Below the pieces are notes generated by a model. It was not told the DNA's origin and ran no database searches. It saw only the letters and a program-made list of their open reading frames with translations. A stretch of 64,000 nt of DNA. Origin: the human T2T-CHM13v2.0 reference genome, Homo sapiens. Within the stretch, counting starts at the first letter, position 1. Each line of letters begins with the position of its first letter. Of this stretch, positions 1 through 59,925 are shown piece by piece. Both the position numbers and the translations under genes were made by a program. The stretch is from the NCBI RefSeq assembly GCF_009914755.1, contig NC_060931.1; one strand, written 5' to 3'.

Positions 1-317
1 AATAATATCTAGAATGGAGTAATACAATCTGAAAACCAAAAAGTCATTCAAAACAACTTTTCTCGTTCCTCACTTCAGTAATTAAAGAAACCAGATATTT
101 TCATTGAATTTGTTTATCTTTGTCTTCACTTTTTCATCCTTTTCCTCCTGCTGCCACTCCCCTATTTGCTCTTATTCCTCCTTTTCCTTCTTTCCCCTCC
201 TCTTAACTCCCTTTCATTCTTGACTCCTCTAACCATCCTTTTCTGGTTTTGCCTTTTCCAAGACCATACGCATTTCCCTGGTCTTCAATACCAACTCTAC
301 CATGAGCAGTCTCCATC

Positions 318-670
318 TGTTATAGACTAAATATTTGTGTGCCTCCAAAATTCACACGCTGAAGCCCTATCCCCCAGGGTGATGGTATTATGAGATAGTG
401 TCTTTGGGAGATGATTAAGGCAAGAGAGCAGAGCCCTCCTTAATGGAACTGGTGCTTTTGTGAAAGAGGCCATAGAAAACTTGTTTTCTCTTTCTGCCAA
501 CTGAGGATGATGAAAAGATGGTGGCCTCTGGACCAGGAAGTGGGCCCACACCAGACACTAAATTTTCTGGCACCTTGATCTTGGATATCTCAGCCTCCAG
601 AACCGTGAGAAATAAATTTCTGTTTTGTTAAACCATCCAGTCATGGTATTTTTGCTAGCAGCCATAACAG
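318..670 (+). mobile_element. MaLR solo LTR (MLT1A/MST-like)
   Basis: TGTTATAGACTAAATATTTGTGT start; cttgatcttgga...cagcctccagaaccgtgagaaataaatttctgtt 3' signature. Confidence 0.8.
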
Positions 671-1139
671 CATCTCCTTCATGTTCTCTCCAGTGGTCTA
701 CAAAGTCTACCACAATTCCACTGCACCCTCAAATTAGCTAGGCTTATTACCCCCATCACTCTATATTGGGTGCTTTAAAGCCCCAGTCTATATAGGCCTT
801 GTGACTTTCCTCTTGTTTAGGCTATAAAATCCTGAACTAATTATTTACTATGCACCTCCACCAGCTGTCAAACTTAAGTCATATTCATCCAGGAAACCTG
901 CATTGAAGAAATAATTGAAATAATTGCACTGTAAGCCCTATATCAGCTGTTTCTAGAGTGAAGCAGAGCTCCTAAAATCTGCAAAATAGCACATTCGGCT
1001 GAAACCTGGATACGTGGGATTTTAGTCCTAGATCTAGTTTTGCGATGGTGACAAGTAACATAACTACTTCCCTCTCAGCTGAGTGTTGGGAATCAAGAGA
1101 ATGATAAAATCACACATTCTTACCACAGCAGGAATTATT

Positions 1140-1310
1140 CTCTGCTTTTAAGGTTCTATGTGATTAGATTAGGCTCACCTGGATAATGCAGGATAACTTC
1201 TCATTTCATTTAAACACATCTGCAAAGTCTCCTTTGCAATGTAAGGTAGCATATTTACATGTTCCAGGGATTAGAATGTGGCCATATTTGTGGGAACATT
1301 ATTCCACCAC
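1140..1310 (-). mobile_element. MLT1-type MaLR LTR fragment
   Basis: gattagattaggctcacctggataat...cacatctgcaaagtc...ccagggattagaatgtgg: reverse of MLT1 5' half. Confidence 0.65.
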
Positions 1311-1536
1311 AAGGCTGTTAAAACTAATGTTTGTATTAGGGCAGAAATCTAGTTATTTCTAAGAATCTTCCCAAAATATAAATGCAAATACTGCATGTCT
1401 GTTTTATTTTTTTTTTCTGCCTTTGCTGTCTTCAAAAAAGAAACTTAGAACTGTTACTGGTCAAACATTGAAAGCCAACATTGCAGAAAATACTATGGGT
1501 GAATGAAGAGAACGAAACAGGAGATTAGAAAAATAA

Positions 1537-3670
<2,134 letters not shown>

Positions 3671-4224
3671 AGAAACCATCAATATAAGCATACTATGCAT
3701 CTTAATTTTTTCTTTGAATAAATACATTTGTATGCTTCAAAAAATTTTTAAAAGGTATGTAATAAAAATATTCCCACATCTTCTCCCCCAATAACACGGC
3801 TGTTAGGTTCCTATACATCTTCCCACAGTTCATTCCTGCATGTATAGCAAATATGTATGCATATCCCTATCTTTCACTCTTCACCACCAAGAAAGAAGAC
3901 AGCATTCTACATGCAACTCTACTCCATATAGTATTAAGTAAAAAATCAATCCCAGGGAACTTTTTATATCAGAACACAGGGTGTTTTTTTCTCCATTCCT
4001 CATTGCAAAAACATTCTACTCTATTTAATAGATGTACCATAAATCTCATGGCCATTTGATGTGATTACACACCATTTATAGAATAGTCTCGTCTATACTG
4101 ATTTGTAATGATTTCCTTTACGTATAATTCCAATATGCATTTAGGCTTATCTATGTCCTATGAACTGTTTATTCATTTCCCATTCCACAAAGTTTTAATT
4201 AGTGAGACTTTAAGATATGTTTTA

Positions 4225-4577
<353 letters not shown>

Positions 4578-5133
4578 TCAGCTATTTCTTTTACTTCTTA
4601 TTTGCTTATCTTTCTTTATAAAGTGTTATGGCAACTTGTCTTCTTTACAAACACCTATTGGCTTTTCTATTTATATCCATAAAATGTATGAATTTACATA
4701 GGGAGAACTGATACCTTTATGTTGTCTTCCTATCCAATAATATAGTATAATTTTCTACTTATGTAGTTTCTTTTCCTACTATGTTTCTTAAATGATATAC
4801 GTGGGCTATTAAAGAAAATAGGCAAAGTGTTATTGAGTACTATTGGGCATTCATAGACAGTGTGGGAGAGGTACTTAAAAGAGCAAACTGCTAGCTGTAA
4901 GCATACGGTTAACTATATGCTTAAAACTAACAAGAAAAAAACAAACAAAAAAAAAACCCTTATCCCAGACAGGGACAGTAAACTAGCTGGGAAGGATAGC
5001 AGTAAACTAGCTTCGTTCACTGATACAGTGAACCACACACACTTAGACACACACTGAAATATACACTCTCTTACTCTGCCTAGGAGAAGTGACACAAAGG
5101 TCCTCTGACCAAGTGCCCCCTTCCTGAGTTTTC

Positions 5134-5170
5134 CTTAGTACACAAAACAACCTGGGTTTTGTGTACTAAG
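5134..5170. repeat. Perfect 15-bp inverted repeat, 7-nt spacer
   Basis: cttagtacacaaaac-aacctgg-gttttgtgtactaag. Confidence 0.95.
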
Positions 5171-7058
5171 AGCCTTTTTAAAGTAATAACTCCAAATAAA
5201 TCCAAATCTTCTGAAACCCCAGGGTATTAAAACCATTGATGAGCCCCCTGAATGAATAATTGTAAACTCACTGGATGCTTGTGCTTAAAGGACCTCTCCC
5301 GCTTCTCTCTCTCTCACCTCCCCTCTGTACCAAGCTAGCTCTTGCTCTGCCTTGAGGTATCAGTTTCCCTGAGACTGGTTTAGATGCACCAATGTTTGCT
5401 TCCATAATACCCTTAGCTCTGCTACCATCATATTTACTAAACCTTATTGGAAGATTTCAGTGACTTTTGTTTTTTATGTTCTCTTCAGCAACAACCACTG
5501 TTCCTTGGGAGATGCTCATTAAAGGAACAGTAAGTGAATCAATGAATGATTCTAGAATAGGAATATTCTCTATATCAAGTTTTGCAAAAGTTAATGTTAT
5601 TTTCATTTCTCAAAGTTATAAGCCCAAAGAACACAAAAATTCCTATCTCACTGTAATAGAGATAATTGCAAAGAAAGATTGAAAGGTAAACATTTCAATG
5701 AATGGTCACAGCCTTGAGTGAACGCCATTTTATTATCTGATTGAAGAATTCGGCACTTGCATACTTTCCTTACCTAAAATTACCCATCACTTAATTATTT
5801 ACTAAGAAATTAGCATGTTAAGTGATGTAGAATAAAAGAAAGCTAAGGTATATGTTTTGCCTCGAGTGCCCATCCATCTAGTGAGAAAGGTAATGTATGT
5901 ATTAGCCATACAAAGATAAAAAGCAATACAAAGATAGAATTTAAGTACCAGCTGACTGGGATTGCCAGAAAAGACAATGGTGACGTTAACTGTTGACTGG
6001 GGTGGTGAGGGAAAGCCTTCAAAGTAGGAAAATGTTGAGTAGCCTTGTTAGATTAAAGAACAGAAGGCCAGATGAATATGGGAGTTGCCAAGACTGACTG
6101 ACTTTATTGATCTGGGGACCTGTGTGGAAAAAGTAATAAATCTACATCTCAATTCTACTTTTTATATTTACCAATGAATAAATAGAAATTTAATGCTAGA
6201 ATAAATAATGCCTCAGATATATCCTACTTCCTGTCCTTAGGAATATCAGAATCGATTTTACACAACCACCTACTGCTTCTAACATTACAAGTGATTGCAA
6301 AGTCTTGAAGAACTTAGAGGCCTGCTTGTTCCATATAAATATATGAAATAACTATTTCTTAAGAGATAACCATGTAACTCAAGCAATATTTTTTCTTTAC
6401 ACATATGCACATCACTCTTCACTTGTGTAAGCAAATAAATTATAATCTCGACTATAGTATTGGTTTTCAGCAATTTAATTTTTTCTGAACATAGCTTTTA
6501 TTCTATTATAATGCTTGAATGACTCACATGCAGTGTTTCCAATCCACTTTTCCTGGCTTGTGAAACTTTTTAACAAAATGTTAGCATTTGCAAGCACCAG
6601 ATGTTTTGACATAAGGAGAAGCAATATGTAAATTTTAATCCACGCTAGGAACAATAGCCTGCAGGCACCTTTTTCTTATTACGTGAATCATATACTTAAC
6701 CACAATGTGGTCGAGCCTATCAAAATCATCACTATCTCAAATGTAATACTTTTGTCTTATGGTTGCCAATTAATGAAACTGATACATATTTAAAATGATA
6801 GGCATCCATTACTTAACCAATAAGCCTTATTGTATTTTACTACTTCACTACCACATAGCTAGAACTCTGCAGGTGACAGTAATAACTTTTTAGAGGGTTT
6901 TAATCTTCCTTTTGATGGTCAATAAAATCAATGCTTGTATTAGATCTTAATGTTTTATAGCTGCAAATATTATTTTACCAAAAATATTAAAACCTATTAC
7001 AACTTTTTTCATCTTTTCCACCTTTAAACTCAACTCATGGTAAGGGGTATGATGTATG

Positions 7059-7061
<3 letters not shown>

Positions 7062-7104
<43 letters not shown>
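7062..7104. repeat. (TG)~21 microsatellite
   Basis: Direct reading. Confidence 0.98.
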
Positions 7105-7106
<2 letters not shown>

Positions 7107-8099
7107 CTAATAGGAAAGATTTGGAGACAGCTTCAGTATTTGCTACATGTATTTTCCAATAAAGAATAACATATTCTTTTTAGCTTAAGGATTTTTCTAG
7201 GGCTAAAAGAATAACAAAGAAGAACATATTCTTATATGCAGTCTTTTCTAATATTGAAGAGTTATAAAACGTTTTAAATAAGCTCCCACATGGACACGTA
7301 TATGTATGCCCAAACACACCACAGATGTACATACACATACAATAAACAATCAAGTATCAAAACCATTCAGTCATCCAAATTTTCAGCCTATATACTGTTT
7401 AAGAAGTCATCCTGACTTATTTTTACCTGTATTAGATTATTCTTTCCATACAAAGATTATTATAATGATCAGTATTTTGGGCATTGATAATACTTTAAGA
7501 AAAATATTCATATGATATCACTTTTTTAAAAAAAGCAAAGAACCTATATTTGAACATAGAATACCACCCTTTATGGTTAACTCTGAGCAGTCCTGTTTTA
7601 GTATTTTAAAATAAAGTATGGAGGGAAAAATTTCATAAACATGGTATTAAATATTAGAAAGTCTTAACACAACTGAAATCCTTATTAATTTCATTATCAA
7701 AGGATAGGTCTAGTCAATACCAATTAGCAGCTTTAAGATGATTTACATATTAAAATACAGTATTCTATTTATCCTAGATTGTCTGGGGACCATCTAGTAT
7801 ATTAAAAGGTTTTGCAGAGTTTCTTAGTGATTTCACTGCTACCATTATGCCTGTTAGCAATTTAGCAACATTCTGATAAATATTTTCCATAAATCAAAGC
7901 CATAACAGCATGGTGAAGCAGATGGCAGGAGACCATATTAAAGAATGTAACAATTATTTTCATTAATAGGGAAATATTGAATCATCATTTTCAGCATGGA
8001 CTATGTAGTGAGTAGTTGTCAGCTGTGATGTCTGGTGACTGTTTTAAATATCCTTTCAAATGATTAACCCACATTCTCTGTTTTCCAGTGCAGTCTATA

Positions 8100-8155
8100 T
8101 ACAAAGGCAGAACAAAAACTGTAAAACATTTCATAATTATAGTCTTTCATTTAAT
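8100..8155 (-). terminator. Putative distal poly(A) site (ATTAAA + downstream U/GU-rich element)
   Basis: Minus strand ATTAAA 8155-8150, then ...AATGTTTTACAGTTTTTGTTCTGCCTTTGT. Confidence 0.55.
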
Positions 8156-10754
8156 ATATGCAAAGAAAATATTGGTACATTTTAAGGTATTTTTACAAAG
8201 ATTTTTGTATGTATTAAAGTACACCAAAGTTCTCCATTTTCTTAGAAAATAAGACACATTACTTTGTTATTAAAAATGAAAAATAGCAATAATTACAAAT
8301 TCTACAGTCTTATTAACAATGTTTTCTTGATCTAACCAATGTCAGATTAAAATTATAGGAATGTTACTTCAGCTATTTGTATATGTAAAACACTATTAAA
8401 GTCAAAGATTTTTAACTACATAATAATTATTAAGATTAAATAGCTGAATTAATTTTAGCCTTGTATGCCATAAGCAACTGCTATGCTGTTAGATAAGATT
8501 CTTGAATTTCGTTTGCTTTTAAAATTCAGTATCATATTTAAAGAACAATATGTAACTTCTTGATTATATATAATTCTTTCAGCAAAATCAGTCTCTTCTT
8601 TTATTTGTATATTTTGTCTGCTACATAAACTACCAGCTTTAGCACAAGAACAAAATTTATATTCTATGGAAAAAATACAGTGACAATATAGAATTTTTGC
8701 AATAAAACAGTAGTGCAGGGATAAAAGAGGTAGTATTACAAACACAAAAGTCTTTACTGTTATTCTTTATGCCTGTTGGATAATGTAAGAAAAAGACATT
8801 TTACAGAGAATTTCATCAGTAGAAAACACAATAGAAGTCATCTGATTATGCAGAAATACACATAAAAATCCCTTTACAAGCAGATAAAAAGTTCCCTTTT
8901 ATGTATAAAGCAGTAGACAATAGTACTTCATCATTAAGTTGGTTGAATCCTGGGAGATATATTTTTTAATCAAAATAGCTGTTTTCGGATAATCTCCTAT
9001 ACATTCAAATCTCTATGGACCTCAGAGGGAAAATGTAGCACTGAAAATTTTAAGAAAAGCTATTTTTTCTGCTTTTGGATTGTTTCCTTGTTTTCAAATT
9101 AAAATTCATACAAACAATAAAACATTGGAACATCAATGCACAATGATTACAGGAGGCTCATGTAACATAGGAGATCAGTAACACTCGAAATGTATTTTGT
9201 ATTTATTAGGTAAATGTAATGAAATCTCTGTATATATGTATACTAAGTCAAACTGACATACTTATCAACATATAGGGCACTGGAGGGATAAATGATGTAA
9301 TTCCATGTAGCACATAGAGACTATGCCATTATCAATACTGAAACAAAATTCAATCCTTCGGGTGTCTTTAAGAAACCCAGATGGTTGATCTTGCGCTGAT
9401 AACACAGTGAAATAATTAATTGATTCCAGTTTTATTCCACATCTTACACATCAGACGGTCAGTAAATACCTAAAGTGTTTGAATAGGGTCAAAGACATTG
9501 TAAAAAAATTTGGAACACTTAGTTATGCCATTTATTTATTTGAACGTTTAAATTCCACAATATCCAAACAGGAAAAAAGTGTTTCCATGATGCCTTGAAG
9601 TATAAGAAAATTCCTATATGACTCAGTTTTTCAAAATAAAATAAAAATATATTCCTTTTAAAGTTGTGAAATCTAATTCCCCTCATGACATTATGGTAAA
9701 TGAGCACACCAAATCAAGACATTCTTTGTATCTGTTTTTTTAAGTAAGAGCTATTAAATATTTGATTTACAGTCATGTAGGTGGGAAAAAAATGAGTTGA
9801 AAAAGGAAGAGGAAGGCTATTTCTCAATGTCCCCAGCTCATCTGGCTATTTATTATTTAGGGCTTTTTTAAAAACCTATATAAAGAAAGCCATGGTCACT
9901 GATATGCCTATAAACTGAGAAAATACCATCTGTACATATATTCTCCATTTGATATAGGAAAAATTCAAGAAGAAAAGGCACTAAAGAAAAAAATTGTAAA
10001 GAGCTGTATCTACTCACAGGAGGTCATCATTATTTTAAGACAATTGGAAGTTGGAAAGGGCTGTTTAATGTGAATCCAAGAAAAAGCAGCCAATATTTAA
10101 TAATATAAAAAATGATTGGATGGGATATTTTGTTGAAAAAAGAATGAAAAACAATAAAATTATTGTATCTTACTTTAAAGGAAGTTTTATTATAATTGTA
10201 ATTATGAATTAAATCTTTAAATGAAAAGGGATAATTGTATATTAATTGAATGAATAAATCAATAATTATGCATTAATAGTCCCATTACAGTTGATGCTTT
10301 TTGTGACAGCATTGTTTGATAAACATATGCCTCTTTTACTATTATGAAAAATCTCATTTCTGCAAGAAATATTCTAGAGAGTCAAATTTTTCTAGAAGTC
10401 TATCTTGTTTCTTAGATACTCAAATAATTTGCTTTTAAATTCACACTATTTTTGTTTGGAAATTTATTTGCATCATTTCAAAATGTTATGGTCAGATGTT
10501 TATAACACTCAGTAATTATAGTGAAACTGACCCATATATAATAAATAGAAGGCATAGTTTGCTGAGTGGGGAGGACATGTTTGATAAACGACTACTTCAT
10601 AAATGAACAACTTTTTTAGTGAATAATCTAAAGTTTGGTACACTATTACTTTCCTATGCAACCTCATCATTATTAGGATTGGGATAATTATATTTAGATA
10701 AGTAAGGGTCCCCCCATTGTTATACATGACATTAACCGCACACCTAAGAGACCT

Positions 10755-10925
10755 GATTCAGGAATTTTTCACTTGGGATCCAAGAAAACATTCAGGAGAT
10801 CCCTAAGATCTCTGAATGCATGTGAATTATTGTCCATATAAACAGTTCTATACTTTTCTAGGGAGAGGGTCTATAACTCACTAGATTCTCAAGGTATCTG
10901 CCTTAAAAAGTTAAGAACTACCATC
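10755..10925. mobile_element. hAT-Charlie-type MITE fragment inside the 3' UTR
   Basis: ggagagggtctataac...agattctcaagg...aaaaagttaagaactac terminus resembles Charlie-family MER elements. Confidence 0.5.
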
Positions 10926-12945
10926 TAATTAATTTTTAATGTATTTCAGTTGACCGGGACACAGCATAACTCTTTACTCTCTTTAAAAATTCATTACCCT
11001 TTTTACAGTTCCCTGACATCTCATAATCTGAATGTAGCAGCAAATATCAGTTCCCTCTCCAGATCTCTTGTGTCCAGGCTCTATCATCCTGTGCCAAGTC
11101 CTTATCTCAGCCAAGATTGTGAAGGATAGATTTCAAGGCCCAGTAGTTGTACCTTAACAGAACAGAAAATAATGACTGAGTAATGACATCATCAGTGCAA
11201 GTCTACTCAAAATATGAAGAAATGAGAAGAGCAGATAAAATGAGAACTGAAGCCAGTCTCTATCTAATAAAGTGGTGTGTTTTCTATGAACTCCAAAATA
11301 TATTCCTTATCTATAATTTTTAACATTTAATCAAATTATCAACTCAGATAATGAAGTGGAATTTTGTTATAAAATTAAAAGTATGTAATATCGTCTTGAA
11401 AATTATTGAGAAGATGTATCTAATAGCTGTTTCACATGGCATATTTCAGATGAATTTATCTATCAGGCTTTAATGACTGTACCCAGAAGTTAGTAATTAT
11501 TTTTCCATGTCAAACAATAAAATTATTTTAATTCTCCAAATTCTGAGCAAATGATACAAGCTAAGCCTGAGATAATTATTATACCATAAGGATTTACTAT
11601 TTTTCTACTTTTATCAGCATTAGGGTCTCACATTTCATAGTGACATATTTTCCATGTGAGAAGCAACTAAAAGATCCTTTCAAAATTTATCCCAAAGCTT
11701 AATATTCATGAAAGATTACATCTCACTCATTAGTAATATATATTTTAGTTTTTAGCATCCTCCCTGCTACTAAAAAGATTTGTTTCTATTATATTAATAC
11801 TATATTATTTCACCATAGTTTTCTAAGGGCCTTCACAACCTGTTGTCAGTCTTATGCTTCAGAACTCCCCAACAGACATCTTCTAGGGCATCCAGATCTT
11901 TCTAATTAAAGTCCTATAAAGATACTTCCCCTATTATTCTCACTTTTATCATTTGGTTGGTATTATTCCTTTATATGCCCTCACTTTCACTCAATTAATG
12001 CCTTTCAAAGAGAAGTCAAATTCTGCTGTTCCCATAAAGTTTGTCAGTCATTTTCATTTTCTCTGACCTTCTGTATTTACAGTTTATGCTTAGATTTTTT
12101 ATTCTATATGTCTTCTATCTTTTGTTTTTGTTTTTCATGCATTCTCATTAACTACCTTAGGAGTAAGACCATATCTTTTTCAACTCTTCTACATTTTCTC
12201 AGGACTCACTGCAGTTCTGAGTATGCCTCCATGAATACTCATTGATCGGATGATCACTCTTGGAGGTCCAGCACAGAGCAACGTGCTTGGTAACTTAATT
12301 TCCTAACCTAAAACAAGCGCAAGAGATAAAAATCTAAATGAAGCATCATAGTTATAAGTGCTTATAATAAATGCTAACAGTGCAACCAAAGATCATAGGA
12401 CACTCTAAGTGTTTATAGAAATAGAACCTTACGTTCCTCTCAGAACTGAAAATAATAAGAAATAGTTTGTTGTAATAATTATTTTGTCAATTGGCAATTC
12501 AATTTTCAATATTTTATCCATTTGGAGAAAAACCAAATCAACAACTAATTGATTTCTGTCCAATACTGATGAAAAGTTTTAAGTACCTGAAAACTGTCCT
12601 TGCAGGGGGACATTTTATATTTTATTTACTAAAATTGATGATCTGACATCTCTTCTTCATAAGAAAAGAGAATTTGGAATGTGATTCTGATGCAGTCAGA
12701 AGCATGAAGAAAACAAAAGAACATATACTACCTGAATGATGTGCATATGTGTATGTGTATGTTTGTGTGAAGGGATACAATTCTGGTCCATATTCCTGAG
12801 GAAAATATTCAATATGTTCCTTTTCCTGAACAGAGACTGGAGATATAAATATGCATGGATGCTTTTAGAATTAGTGTAATTGAACCAACTACAATAAAAT
12901 GAGGATCTAATTTTAGTAACCAATGTTTTTATAAGTTATCCATAT

Positions 12946-13024
12946 TTTATTGTGGAAAATTCTCACATTTATTGTAGATTTGCCTTTCAACCACAAGTGA
13001 CAGATAATCTATTATACATTTATT
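12946..13024 (-). terminator. Putative proximal poly(A) signal cluster
   Basis: Three AATAAA on minus strand (13024-13019, 12973-12968, 12951-12946) ~510-580 nt after the stop. Confidence 0.5.
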
Positions 13025-13527
13025 TATCCTATAAAGTTTGAACTTTAGACATGTCTACTAGACAATGGAGAAAGGCAATGACCACCTGATATGTTGATCT
13101 TGATTCCGGAAGACTGATGTGAAAGTTGAAGAGAAGATGGAAATGAGTAACTAAGAGACTGTTTGTATATTTCAGTCGTTTAACACTTTGCAGTCATTAG
13201 TTCCAGTAGTACACCACCAAGTTGCTGCTTTTAAAACATCAATAAAGAGCTATTTCTTATGCTGTACCTCTTTTCAGGAAAACAGAATTTAAGTGGATTT
13301 GGACTCCGTAGTCAAAGAAGAAAACACCTTTTTTTCGCCCTCAATAATTCATTAACACTATGATTTTTCTTCCTGCGAATTCTTCTGTTGCTTCTATCAG
13401 TTTTTCATGAACAACACATTCCTTTAAGAAAAAAAATAAGCCAAAGCAACATATGAAACACAGAGCATAATTGCATAGCACCAGCATAGAATTGCTTTCC
13501 AGTTGATGAATTGGGTCTGTTTATTTC

Positions 13528-57435
<43,908 letters not shown>

Positions 57436-59618
57436 GAAAGAGTTTACTTTCTGTCTCTGGGCTTTCTGTAGCTGAGGCCTTGCAGAACTTTCCAGGTGTG
57501 CTGGGACCTACAAGATCAAAATTAAACAAATACAATGTGCAGCATCAGCTGTGAAATTAGAGTTCTCCTTTCCACAATTGCACTAGGATAATAAACACAC
57601 TACACTATAGCATCTAGTTTCTCTCCAATCTATCGTCCATACTTCTGTCATAAGTTACATACAATTTTAATGGGTTATGATTATTAAGAAGTAATTTAAA
57701 CTTTAATAAAATATTTTAAATGCTAACCAGTTTTTTTAAATGAGTAGCCCTAAAAATTAGGAATAAATATAAAAACCACAATATTTTTTGAGGGTCTAAA
57801 AAATGAGGGCCTAAAATAACGTAAGGAAAATACAGATGATTCACTATTACAAGTAATTTGTATATAACATGTATTACTTGGATTCCTTTATATTACACAT
57901 AAATATTCTATGGAATATGATCAAAACTTTGTTCTTAAGAAAACTAAAAATTATAAGAGAGCAGGAACTAGAAATATATGTACAAAATATTAAGTGTGAA
58001 ACTGTATGGGTAGTGAAAATCTAGATGATTTTTTTCTACTTTTCTGTACTTCCCTATTTCTATCCTGAGCCCAGTTTTATTTTTTTAATCTTATTTTTAA
58101 ACCCTTTCATATTTTCACCTTATAAAAATGAGAAAGTGGTATAGTCATTATTATGACTTGACAGGAGCATTCAGAAAAAAATCTAACGATTGTCATGTGT
58201 CAGCTAAACAACTGTCCAGTCTGCCAAAATCCCTTTTTCAAAATATACCACATACTTTCAAAATTTTACACCTTCAGTCTAGTTATCATAGTTAATATTG
58301 TACTATCATTTGTGTAAGGACAACTTTAAGCATTTCAAATCTGCCCTTTAAAAGCCTGTGAACGTAGTTTTGCCTGGCAGTAGTCTTTATATTTACTGTG
58401 CTATTCTGTGGCTTCTAATACATTTTTCTCAAGTGGCCTATATATAAACCGATTTAATATTTCCCTCATGTTAAACAATAGTAAAGATTGCTGTACAGTG
58501 CTTATTTTTCCTTTTATTTCAGTTACACAAACTACTCCTTAAATCCCTTAACACGCATTAGCCCAGATAAATAGCCTCTACAAAGTATTTTGCATTTAAA
58601 TTAGCTGGTTTGGGGTACAATATTGTAGTAGTTACTTTAGTTTAATTCTGTTATGCTGACATTTTTAGCATTATTTTAATTGTACTAGCATAAAATAATT
58701 TTTCAGTCATATAAAAAAGATTAAGATTGGTAATAAAGATTACACATATTACTAATTATATTGCTATGAGCTTTAAAGCTGTAAAATAACATTTCATTAA
58801 AATGCCAGTGGTAATTTTTTTAGGGTAGCTATTTATATTATCCTACTGTTCTAAATTAATTCTTTTTAATCTGTATACTTTTATGAAATATACATTATGA
58901 AGAACACTTTCAGTTTCACAAATCTGAATGATCTTTCACACTATGCAACTGAATGCCAAAGAACATTGTATACCTACAATTGGGAAATAGCTCTTGTTCT
59001 AAGAAGAATATGTTGAATCAGAATTTACAACATGCATTAACTAATTCATTTTTTACTTTTCATCCATTCATTCCAAAAGCCTCATTGAAGCACTTACTCT
59101 TGTGTTATATCAAGAATACAAAAGAAGTCACAGATGTGATCCCAAGGTTATAGGAGTTTACAATCTATTGGGAAGTGTTAATATCAACTATAGCAACAAC
59201 AACAATGATAATAATATTAAGCAACAGATACTAGGCACTATGCTAAACAATTTACATATATTATCTTATTCCATTCTTGTTTTAACCTTAGGAGATAGGT
59301 ACCATTAGTTAGTATCCCTATTGCACTATATAGATGAAGCCACTAAAATTTAGAGAGTTTAAATGGCATACCTATTACCATTCAGCTAGTGAGAGAAAGA
59401 AGTGGAATACAGAGCCTGTCTTCCTCAGCAGTACAATATCGGTTCCTGAGCAAATAACTGAAATGTTCACAATGCAAAGCAAAAGCTCCATAACACATGC
59501 AATGAAATTAAAAAGAAGTGGTTTTAAAAAAACATATTGAAAGAGAAAGTGATTTTAAGTCAGCTGTTGGAAGGAGAGATAGTACTACACAGCAGGCAAA
59601 GGAAAGAACATCTCAAAT

Positions 59619-59925
59619 ATTCCCAGCAAACTATTGCAAGGACAAAAAAATAGACACCACATGTTCTCACTCATAGGTGGGAACTGAACAATGAGAACAC
59701 TTGGACACACAAGTGTGTGATGAAGGGGAACATCACACACCAGGGCCTGTTGTGGGGTGGGGGGAGGGGGGAGGGATAGCATTAGGAGAAATACCTAATG
59801 TAAATGACGAGTTAATGGGTGCAGCACACCAACATGGCACATGTATACATATGTAACAAACCTGCACGTTGTGCACATGTACCCTAGAACTTAAAGTATA
59901 ATAAGTATATATAAAAAAAACATAA
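59619..59925 (+). mobile_element. Short L1PA (approx. PA4-5) 3' end
   Basis: L1 3' UTR with G-rich tract; TSD aaagaacatctcaaata 59603-59619 / aaagaaaatctcaaata 59926-59942. Confidence 0.92.

Larger units (their letters stand above)
8130..13527 (-). other. TFEC: TFEC 3' UTR (long form, ~5.4 kb; end approximate)
   Basis: Continues from stop codon through largely unique AT-rich sequence to ATTAAA at 8155-8150, followed by a U/GU-rich tract. Confidence 0.6.
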
